A stretch of DNA of 63,992 nt. Source: Eledone cirrhosa (taxonomy: Eukaryota). Below are positions 1 through 10,700 of the stretch, piece by piece. The notes under the pieces were generated by a model. That model was not told the origin of the DNA and ran no database searches. It saw only the letters and a list, made by a program, of their open reading frames with translations. The stretch spans positions 430,652,001 to 430,715,992 of the forward strand of contig OZ024740.1 of assembly GCA_964016885.1 (NCBI GenBank), written 5' to 3'. Position numbers and translations under genes: made by a program. The number at the start of each line of letters is the position of its first letter. Position 1 is the stretch's first letter.

Positions 1-414
1 TGCTCTCTTTACTTGATATTTCTCTCTGTATATATATATAATATTTATTTATTAATTTCTATTTAAGATAGTGTGTTATAGTTACATTAAAATAGTATAA
101 TCTTATTTTAGGGTTCCTTGAAAGTGAACATTTCATACGAAAATTTGGTAAACGAAATATAAACAAGGAAGTGAATGTACTCATATTTCTGTGGACAGAA
201 CGAGCTGTGTTAATTTTTTAATGTCACAGTAAATATTGACTTTCTGCCTGGGTAGATACAACCAGCGAAACGGAGGGAACGAAATAAGAATAAGAATATT
301 TATTACGTTTAACACTTTTTTTTTTCTATTTTAACAAACAATTTCCACAATTAATATATATCCCATTACGTTTAAGTATCAACTTTCGCAGCATATAAAT
401 GTATATAAATATAA

Positions 415-455
<41 letters not shown>

Positions 456-669
456 CGTTCCCTCGTGTGTTTTACGTTTCGGGTTTCAATTTTTCGTCTG
501 CAAATTTCACATTCACGGAACCTTTAAATAAAATTATACATACACGACAATACAATTTATTTTATTGGGATTATATTTTTGAAATATCTTGAAATATTTA
601 TTGTCCTGTATAACTGCCATCATTTGGGTGTTGCTAAAATAAATAAACTCAGCTACACGCACACATGTA

Positions 670-844
670 TGAGAGTGGGCTGAAAAGTTCATAAGCAACT
701 ATGAAGGAGTGATGCTTGGGCTGTGAAATCTTGCAGGCATTAATTTCAACTCTTCTTATTAATAACTGCATTGTTTCTTTCTAGGGACTATGCTGGAAAA
801 TAAACACCATTTGGTCAGCCTATGAATTTTTCAGCCGACCCTCG
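670..844. mobile_element. Short non-autonomous Tc1/mariner-type MITE
   Basis: Imperfect terminal inverted repeats TGAGAGTGGGCTGAAAAGTTCATA ... TATGAATTTTTCAGCCGACCCTCG, with TA/TG flanks. The internal sequence matches the related copy at 22720-23190 in reverse orientation. Confidence 0.6.
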
Positions 845-859
845 TGTGTATATATAAAG

Positions 860-912
<53 letters not shown>

Positions 913-1052
913 GTATAGGATTATCCAAGATGTAGTAATGGTTAATTACTACACTGGATATGGTTGACGTACGGTGAGAGGTTACTCCACGAGTTATGGA
1001 AGAATTGTTGAAGAAACTTAGTTCCTGATCCTTCTGTATTCCGGAGTGTATA

Positions 1053-3371
1053 TAAAGAATGAATAATAACAGGTAGACATGATAAAAAGGTAATTTATTC
1101 CGTGTGCTTACAAATGTTTCTACGGTGGTACTACAGCCTAGTTATGCTATGTGCAAATTTACAAGTATTTGCAGAACTCAAATATCCAATGCTGTGACCA
1201 CTGTATCCTCAGAGCAGAATGGTAAAATGTACAATGTAAATACCCTTAAGTGGGGTTGTTGGGGAAGATAGAGTAGAAAAGGAAGAGAGAAAAGTAGGGA
1301 GAGGGAGAGAGAGAGAAAGATATGCAGGGATTGGAGAAGTAGGAGAGAGTGGTTTGTAGATATCTTAATCAAAATGTTATATAGGGGTTTTATTATACTG
1401 GTTACTTTTGGAGAGATGCGTTGATAGTTAAGGTCGGAATTATTTATTGCCCCAGAGGGCAGGTTCATAGATGTGGAGAGGGAGGTAGGCCAAAGGCGAG
1501 AGAGAGAGAGTGTAATGGATGTAGAGAGAGAGGTAGAGAGGGGACAGACGAAGTTTATGTGGTGAGTGAACTTTGGGTTTGTAGTAGTAATCTACGAATT
1601 GCACTGAGTTACCATTTATAGTGATAAGCAGTGTATTGTCTTGTAGTGTGGGGGAAGAGAAGGTGGTTAGCTAGAAAGCGATGTTATAGTTATGGGTTCG
1701 AATGTTAAGTTATTTTATAGTGAGAGAATTTAGCTTTTAGTTTGTGGTTGCAGTATAATGATCGTTCAATTCTATCGTTAAGTAGTTTGTTTTGGGATTT
1801 TAATATGTGAAAGAGTTCAAGGTTACATAACCTGCAGTACTTCAATCCACTCCGATATGCACTTGCGCTGGAAAGTATATCCCATTTTAAAGTGAACTGT
1901 TGGTTGCGTTCACGGAGTTGCCAGGTCTTGTTGGCGAGCGTGGTCACAAAACGGTGATTAGGATGTTTGATTGAGAATCGATGACAGTACCAGCGAGATT
2001 TAAACGAGGTGGTGGTAGATCCGATATAATACCATTTCTGGTCGTTCGATTCAACTGTGCATTGGTAAACAATGTTGGACTTTAGGCAATCATTCTTCAA
2101 TGGACATCTTTCAGGTAGATGGCAGTTACATTCTTTGTTGTGGGTAGCGGGTATACCATGGATAGGTTGTGATAGGTGGATTGTGTAATACCCGTCTCCC
2201 ATTTAGTGGTTGGGAGGCAGATATTACGTTCTGCCCATCTGTTACTAAAATGTTTTGTTTTGTAGTGTTGTTTAATTGCCTGAAGTTAAGTTTTTTTATG
2301 TATGCTTCAAGGTTTGGTGCCGTGGAGTATGATAGTCTAATAGTTTTAGAGTTCAGAATTTTGCTGTATTTATGGGAACTAGGGAAATGGTTGTTGATTA
2401 ACTTAAAGAACGAAAGAGATAGTTTTGTACTAATCGAGGCATTAAAAATAGGATTGTACCAGATATACTTTCTACAACGTGATTTATTTGGTGGTGATTT
2501 TCTATTATTAGTATGTCTGGTGGTACTGTGTGTGTGCGCTTGTATTTTAGTCCCCCGGTTACGTATTCCTTGATTTCGTGTAGAGCAATGTGTGTTGTGG
2601 AAATTACTATCGATGTATTCTATTGTATCCCGGTGGTCAGCATTCCTTAATGCATTATTGTAGTGTTCAGCGTGTTCACTAAAAATATCAGAGTTAGACG
2701 ATAGGCGAGAGATTCTAAGAGAAATACTCCGGGGAACTGATTTGATCATGGAGAGTGGGTGGTTTGAGTTAAAGTTAATATACGTAAGGTTCTCATTCAT
2801 CTTGTGGAAGGGTCGTATCTGTCCTGTATTTAAATTAAGAGTTACGTCCAGAAAGTTTACTACTTTAAGATTGTATTCGTATGTTATTTTTAGACCCAGT
2901 TCACTAAAAGATTTTCTAATATTTTTCCGTCGCCTTTCAAGATTTTGGTTATTCAAGTTATTAACTAATAAGAGCCCGTCATCTCTGTATATCCCCCCCC
3001 CCCCTGTAGATTACTAAATTTACTATGTAATATGTGGGCTATGTAAATTCCCACGAGATCCGTGACCTCCGCTGAGTCGTTGGAACCCATGGTAATGTCG
3101 AAATTTGTGGGTCTGTCCTTACGTTCCCAGTAGCAGTTATCAAACTTAATAATGGTTTTTCTAGCCTCGAGAATAATATTAATTTCGTCCTCCGTTAGGT
3201 CGGAATTGACCTTAGCAAACGATAGGGCCTTACGTAAGTGAGATGGAAGAGTAGTATTCGTCTATGTCAAATTGTATAAACTTAGATTTATTCTTATTCT
3301 TAACGTTATTAAACCAGCGAATTGCTTCGCTAGTGTTGCCCCATAATTTAATTATGGTCAGCTACGACCCT
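1053..3371 (-). mobile_element. Penelope-like retroelement (probably Naiad clade), 5'-truncated, frameshifted RT plus GIY-YIG endonuclease
   Basis: The minus strand reads FIQFDIDEYY, FDITMGSNDSAEVTDLVG, GIYRDDGL (RT catalytic motif, frameshift in a poly-G run), VNFLDVTLNL and YINFNSNHP. The GIY-YIG region reads CNC..CP..C..IVYQC..YYIGST..FKSRW..H..CRLC.LE (ORF 1705-2202). The 3' end abuts TA. Confidence 0.9.
1105..1216 (-). ncRNA. Type I hammerhead ribozyme-like motif with extended stem II (PLE 3' end)
   Basis: The reverse complement reads TGCT-CTGAGGA-TACAGTGGT...ACCACCGTA-GAAAC-ATTT-GTA-AGCA. Stem I is TGCT/AGCA, stem III is AC/GT and the cleavage triplet is GUA. Confidence 0.65.
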
Positions 3372-5171
3372 TTAATTTAAATACCGGACAGATACGACCC
3401 TTCCACAAGATGAATGAGAACCTTATGTATATTAACTTTAACTCAAACCACCCACTCTCCATGATCAAATCAGTTCCCCGGAGTATTTCTCTTAGAATCT
3501 CTCGCCTATCGTCTAACTCTGATATTTTTAGTGAACACGCTGAATACTACAATAATGCATTAAGGAATGCTGACCACCGGGATACAATAGAATACATTGA
3601 TAGGAATTTCCATAACACACATAGCTCTACACGAAATCAAGGAATACGTAACCGGGGGACTAAAATACAAGCGCACACACACAGTACCACCAGACATACT
3701 AATAATAGAAAATCACCACCAAATAAATCACGTTGTAGAAAGTATATCTGGTACAATCCTATTTTTAATGCCTCGATTAGTACAAAACTATCTCTTTCAT
3801 TCTTTAAGTTAATCAACAACCATTTCCCTAGTTCCCATAAATACAGCAAAATTCTGAACTCTAAAACTATTAGACTATCATACTCCACGGCACCAAACCT
3901 TGAAGCATACATAAAAAAAACTTAACTTCAGGCAATTAAACAACTCTACAAAACAAAACATTTTAGTAACAGATGGGCAGAACGTAATATCTGCCTCCCA
4001 ACCACTAAATGGGAGACGGGTATTACACAATCCACCTGTACCGCTATCACAACCTATCCATGGTATACCCGCTACCCACAACAAAGAATGTAACTGCCAT
4101 CTACCTGAAAGATGTCCATTGAAGAATGATTGCCTAAAGTCCAACATTGTTTACCAATGCACGGTTGAATCGAACGACCAGAAATGGTATTATATCGGAT
4201 CTACCACCACCTCGTTTAAATCTCGCTGGTACTGTCATCGATTCTCAATCAAACATCCTAATCACCGTTTTGTGACCACGCTCGCCAACAAGACCTGGCA
4301 ACTCCGTGAACGCAACCAACAGTTCACCTTAAAATGGGATATACTTTCCAGCGCAAGTGCATATCGGAGTGGATTGAAGTACTGCAGGTTATGTAACCTT
4401 GAACTCTTTCACATATTAAAATCCCAAAACAAACTACTTAACGATAGAATTGAACGATCATTATACTGCAACCACAAACTAAAAGCTAAATTCTCTCACT
4501 ATAAAATAACTTAACATTCGAACCCATAACTATAACATCGCTTTCTAGCTAACCACCTTCTCTTCCCCCACACTACAAGACAATACACTGCTTATCACTA
4601 TAAATGGTAACTCAGTGCAATTCGTAGATTACTACTACAAACCCAAAGTTCACTCACCACATAAACTTCGTCTGTCCCCTCTCTACCTCTCTCTCTACAT
4701 CCATTACACTCTCTCTCTCTCGCCTTTGGCCTACCTCCCTCTCCACATCTATGAACCTGCCCTCTGGGGCAATAAATAATTCCGACCTTAACTATCAACG
4801 CATCTCTCCAAAAGTAACCAGTATAATAAAACCCCTATATAACATTTTGATTAAGATATCTACAAACCACTCTCTCCTACTTCTCCAACCTCTGCATATC
4901 TTCCTCTCTCTCTCTCTCTCCCTCTCCCCTACTTTTCTCTCTTCCTTTTCTACTCTATCTTCCCCAACAACCCCACTTAAGGGTATTTACATTGTACATT
5001 TTACCATTCTGCTCTGAGGATACAGTGGTCACAGCATTGGATATTTGAGTTCTGCAAATACTTGTAAATTTGCACATAGCATAACTAGGCTGTAGTACCA
5101 CCGTGGAAACATTTGTAAGCACACGGAATAAATTACCTTTTTATCATGTCTACCTGTTATTATTCATTCTT

Positions 5172-5172
<1 letters not shown>
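3372..5172 (+). mobile_element. Second Penelope-like copy, inverted relative to 1053-2838 (RT thumb, GIY-YIG, 3' end)
   Basis: ORFs 3410-3925 and 4119-4514 are near-identical to the minus-strand ORFs 2126-2956 and 1705-2202. The copy ends in ...CATTCTT followed by (TA)n. Confidence 0.9.
5010..5121 (+). ncRNA. Type I hammerhead ribozyme-like motif with extended stem II
   Basis: TGCT (5010-13), CTGAGGA (5014-20), an ~85-nt stem II region (TACAGTGGT/ACCACCGTG, ACAGC/GCTGT), GAAAC (5106-10), ATTT, GTA, AGCA (5118-21). Confidence 0.65.
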
Positions 5173-5206
<34 letters not shown>

Positions 5207-5783
5207 GTGTGTGTATAAGTTGACGGGACTAGCATAAGGTTTCACTGCTAATACCAGTTGCATCTCAGTGTACTCAATCGGTAAGGTTTTGTAAAAGTCC
5301 CAGAGTAGACACAAAGTTATTGGATACGTAAATGGCTACCATAAATCTATACCCGTACTCGCGTACAGCATCTCTGTGTACTTCTCTCTATATACTTACA
5401 TATATATATCATCATCATCATCGGTTAATGTCCATTTTTCATGCTAGCATGAGTTAGACGGGTTTGTCCCACTTGAGGAAAGATTGGTCGGGTGACCGTG
5501 TCTCGCTTGTATAGAACTGTATCTGGCAGGTTTTCTATGGCTGGATGCCCTTTCTAACACCAACCACATTTACACACAATAGCTTGCTTTTTCCTGACTT
5601 AGTGATAAATAGAATGGTATATTTACTTTACTGTGTTTACTTCTAGATTCCCAATTGTTCAATGATCCGTTATTGAACAGTTTAGGAACACCTGCAATAG
5701 CAAGTGATTTATTGATTATATCACAGACGTATGCACAAACACATACACATGTGCAAACACCCATTCTCAAATATATATATATA

Positions 5784-6622
5784 TCATCATCATTGTTTAA
5801 CGTCCATTTTCTACGCTAGCATGGGTAGGACAGGCTGTCCCTTTGTTAGAGATTAGGTCGGATGACTGTGTTTCGCTCACACAACTGATTTTGGCTTGGT
5901 TTTTATGGCTGGATGTCCTTCCTAATGCCAACCACATTTACAGTGTGGGCTGGGTGCTTTTTGTCATGTCACAGACACGACCACTTTACAGTGTGGGCTG
6001 GGTGCTTTTTGTCATGTCACAGACACGACCACTTTACAGTGTGGGCTGGGTGCTTTTTGTCATGACTCCTATACAACCACTTTACAGTGTGGGCTGGGTG
6101 CTTTTTGTCATGACTCCTATACAACCACTTTACAGTGTGGGCTGGGTGCTTTTTATTGTGACACCTACACTATGACATTTACAGTGTGGACTAGGTGTTT
6201 TTTGTTGTGACGCCTACACTACCACTTTACAGTGTGGACTGGGTGTTTTTGTTGTGACTCCTACACGACCACTTTACAGTGTGGGCTGGGTGTTTTTGTT
6301 GTGACGCCTACACTACCACTTTACAGTGTGGGCTGGGTGCTTTTTGTTGTGACACCTACATGACCACTTTACAGTGTTGGCTGGATGCTTTTTATTGTGA
6401 CACCTACACGACCACTTTACAGTGTGGACTGGGTGCTTTTTATTGTGACACCTACACGACCACTTTACAGTGTGGAGTGGGTGTTTTTGTTGTGACTCCT
6501 ACACGACCACTTTACAGTGTGGGCTGGGTGCTTTTTATTGTGACACCTACACGACCACTTTACAGTGTGGACTGGGTGCCTTTTATTGTGACACCCAACA
6601 CTACCACTTTACAGTGGACTGG
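5784..6622 (-). repeat. SINE 3' portion (RTE-type (ATG)n tail) running into a ~48-bp tandem array (5927-6622)
   Basis: (CAT)n-GTTTAACGTCC..GCTAGCATGGG..CTGGATGTCCTTCCTAATGCCAACCACA is followed by ~14 diverged copies of TTTACAGTGTGGGCTGGGTGCTTTT.... Confidence 0.75.
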
Positions 6623-6849
6623 GTAGTTTTTATATTCACCATTTATGTTGTGTAGTTTACCAATAGGTAGAACTGGTCATTCCAGTTAGCATATCATGAT
6701 GTAATAGTTAAAGCACTCTACGTTATGCAAATCATCCATCGTAGATGTGGTATCCCATGGTTATTGCAGGAACGGAGTTAAATGTTTATTTAAAAAACAA
6801 CAGAAGGCCGTTCTATTATTTTTAAATATCAATCAATCTATCTATCTAT

Positions 6850-6931
6850 TGTTTTCTTTACTCATCTTTTTGTGTAAACTCCCCCCTTGTATTTGTCCCC
6901 TTCTTTTGCACCCTAGTGGCAATAAATAGAA
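6850..6931 (+). mobile_element. 3'-terminal fragment of a Tx1-like LINE
   Basis: TTGTATTTGTCCCC..GTGGCAATAAATAGAAA matches the 3' end of the element at 7724-13481. It is flanked by (TATC)n on both sides. Confidence 0.55.
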
Positions 6932-6950
6932 ATCTATCTATCTATCTATC

Positions 6951-7592
6951 TAGGAAGCAGGCTCCCCTGGTGAGGAGATCCGTCTGCTGTCAGCACCCTT
7001 CCAACGGAGGGCTGGGAATACCGTGGCTGATGATGCGCAAACATGCGCTGAGGCTGTGGCATCTCCAGGTATTCCTCACCGACCCCCAACCGGTGTGGGC
7101 ACCGTTTGTGAGACAGGTTTTCCCACAGCTCGTCTCGCTGATGGAGCTGCAGTCCTGGGTCAAGAAAAGATCGAAAACGATGGGCGCCTGGCACATTGAA
7201 TGCGCTCAGGCGCTCACAGTCCTCTGGCAAGCGGGCGCAGCAATCAGTGGAGACTCCACTTCGACATTCTATAGAGGGATTGTACGTTACAAGGGTGACG
7301 ACGTGCTCGGAGGGACTCTGGGCTCACCAGTCTGTTTGGTAGGACTTTCCGCCCGGGACCTATGGACAACTTCCAGAGGTCCGTGGCCTGGCAGTGCTAC
7401 CGAGGAGCTCTACCAGTTCGTGACAAGATCTACAGGCACGGACGCCCCGGCAGGGATCCTTCCAAGAGGACGTGTCCAAGATGCGCGCAGGACATTGAAA
7501 CTCCTGCACGCAATTGTACACTGCCCGGGCGTAACCGAGCTGTGGAACTATGCAGAACAACTGGTGTCGTGCCCTTGTGGCTAATAAAGAAA
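6951..7592 (+). mobile_element. 5'-truncated, internally deleted Tx1-like LINE fragment
   Basis: The translation KQAPLVRRSVCCQHPSNGGLG..WQCYRGALPV..CPRCAQDIET is near-identical to ORF 8104-9963. It ends GTGGCTAATAAAGAAA and has (TATC)-rich flanks. Confidence 0.85.
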
Positions 7593-7679
7593 TATATCTC
7601 TATCAACAAAATTTACCTCACTATCTATATCTATATATATTTCTGTTGAAAGAGCAAGAGCTCAGCCATCGGGTCTCGA

Positions 7680-7714
<35 letters not shown>

Positions 7715-7723
7715 TAGATATAT

Positions 7724-10700
7724 TTCTTTATTTGCCACAAGGACTCACAAGAAGAGGGGACAATACAAAGACATGCCGGGGATTTTACATACAGTCATGT
7801 AAAAAATATAAAAACAAACAATTACAACAATCGAAATCCCCAATAAGGGGGAAGCGTCACAAATGGGTTGTTTAATACCCCGTCGATAGAACAACCCTCA
7901 ACTCCAGGAGCGTGTTGTGCAAGTGCTCCTTTCTTCCTTTTGCTCTCTTCTTCAACCTACAGGCTTATAAACAGAGAAGGCCCAATCACTCGGGCCATTT
8001 TCGCTTCATTCACCCACCTTTCAGTAAATTTACTGAGGTGCAGTGCCTCTCTCTCCACTCTGTTTCTCCTTCTAAAGTGATACTTAAAGAAGGGAATCAA
8101 TTGTTATCCGGAGAGAAAGGCATCTGTCCTCAGTCCTCTCAATCTCGTCCACCATATAACTTCTTTCACCATAGCCACTGTACAGAGGAAAACCGCCTCT
8201 CTTTCGTTTTTGAAAGTGGCTGGCGGTTTGATCCTTACTATGGACTCAGCAGTCAACTGGATTTGTCCCATACGCAACAGCAGTTGTTCTGCATAGTTCC
8301 ACAGGTCGGTTACACCCAGACAGTGTACAATTGCATGCAGGACTGTTTCAATGTCCTGCGCGCATCTTGGACACGTCCTCTTGGAAGGATCCCTGTCAGG
8401 GCGTCCGTGCCTGTAGATCTTGTCACGAACCGGTAGTGCTCCTCGGTAGCACTGCCAGGCCAGGGACCTCTGGAAGTTGTCCATAGGTCCCGGGCGGAAA
8501 GTCCTACCAAATAGACTGGTGAGCTCATCGTCTTCGACACCCGGAGTCTCTCCGAGCACGTCGTCGCCCTTGTAACATACAATCCCTCTATAGAATGTCG
8601 AAGTGGAGTCTCCACTGATTGCTGCGCCCACTTGCCAGAGGACTGTGAGCGCCTGAGCGCATTCAATGTGCCAGGCGCCCATCGTTTTCGGTCTTTTCTT
8701 GACCCAGGACTGCAGCTCCGTCAGCGAGACGAGCTGTGGGAAGGCTTGTCTCTCAAACAGTGCCCACACCGGTTGGAGGTCGGTGAGGAATACCTGGAGA
8801 TGCCACAGCCTCAGCGCATGTTTGCGCATCATCAGCCACGGCATTCCCAGCCCTCCGTTGGAAGGGTGCTGACAGCAGACAGATCTCCTCACCAGCGGAG
8901 CCTGCTTCTTCCACAGGAACTGGAAGAGCATGCGTTCCATCTTGGCGAGGTGTTCATGGGGACAAGGCACGACAGTCATGTGGTAGTAGATGACGGACGC
9001 TATGAAAGTGTTCACCACCTCCGCTCGACCTTTCAAGGACAGTTTGCACTCTGCCCACTTCTGGGTGAGTGCAAACACCTTGGCCGTGACCTCGTTCCAG
9101 TTTTTCTCCACCTGGAGGTCTGGACCGAACCAGACCCCAAACAATTTCACTGGTCCGTCTGTCCAGCGTTCAACGACGCTGTCAGACGTCATCGGTTTGC
9201 CTCTCCACATCCCGAGTTGCAAACCGACAGACTTGTCGGGTTTAGTTTTGCTCCCGTTAGCGTTTCGTATTTGTAAGTTGCCGATCACCCCGATTTCCGA
9301 GGTGCTCGACACCATTACCGTCACATCGTCAGCATAAGCCGACGCCGCTTTGCGCAGTCCCGGTTCTAGAGGGATGCCCTGCAACAGCTCCAATTTCCGA
9401 GTCAATACATACAGAATGGAGGAGAGAAGACTCCCCTGTCGAATGGAACGCGTGATTGCGAACGGCTCCGATAGGTAGCCGTTCACCTTGACCCTCGAGT
9501 AGAAGCTGGTGTGCATCGCCTTGATCCAGCCTCTGAAAACAAGACCGAAACCGGCCGCCTTGAGAACCGTTTCCAAGTATCGATGGTCGACCCTATCGAA
9601 TGCCTTAGACTGATCCAAGTTGATCATAGCCCCACCGAAGCCGGGTTTACTACCCACTCTCTCTATGATGTATCGCATGAGGCGGAGGTTGTCGTGTATG
9701 GACCTGGTCGGGATTGCACACGTTTGCGCTTTCCCTACCAGGTTCTCGACGACAAGCGCCAACCTCGTCGCTAGCACCTTGGCCAAAATCTTTAACTCTG
9801 TGTGGAGCAGAGTTATGGGCCTGAAGTTGTTAATTTCGTCCCCCTTGTTCTTGTCTTTCCTGATCAGCGTTACTACGCCCTTGCCTGCAGAACTGGGAAT
9901 TCTTCCATTCTGCTGCCAATTGGAGTAGACGGCTTCGAGGACGCCAGAGAACAAGTCTGGCATGCCTATGTAAAACTCGTAGGGTAGACCATCTAGACTG
10001 GGTGACTTGCGTTTCCCGCAGCGGCCCAGGGCGTCCCGTATCTCAGTTTGTCCGTGATCGGTCTTTTGCAGAACTCAGCACCCGTGTTCGAAAGACGCGG
10101 CAGGCCGTTGAGGTATGAACTAAAGTCCATTGCCCCGTTCAGCTCACCGTCGTTCTGCTCAAACAGTCGCGCAAGATGCTGCTGAAAGGCCGTGCACATT
10201 TGCTTGGAGTCAAGTAGCACGCATCCGTTTTGGTCTTTGAAAGACCGAATCGTGGACTTGTTGCCACTTTTCGCCTCCGCCACTCGGGCCCAACTGACAG
10301 CTTTCGCTCCTTCGTTTCCTAGAGCACGTGTTTTGCTGCTAACCACGCAGCCTTCGTGTTTTGCATCAAAGAACTGGTCCAGTGCCGTTCTCGATGCTAA
10401 CACTCTAACCGCGTTGCCACTTCTAAGTGCCTCCTCTACCTTGGCTATTAGTTCTCTTTCTATTTTGTTTTTCTCTAAGGCTAACTCTCTGCTAAACCCT
10501 TCTATTCTAATTGCTTTCTTGAGAGAGTACCACCATCTATTGTTGACGATGGCTCCTGTTAACTGTTACTTGAGTAGTCTACTTATCCGTTCACTGTAAG
10601 CTTTACGTGCCGGCAACGACACGTTCAGCTTCCAGTATCCGTGTCCTTGTCTATGTATTCTATCACGATTGACTAAGCAGACGACTAATTTGTGATCTGA

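Noticed and set aside
4515-5000. SECIS element in the PLE 3' region
   Set aside because: The ATGA at 4751 lacks the correctly spaced AA loop and GA quartet partner, and there is no in-frame UGA at Cys positions.
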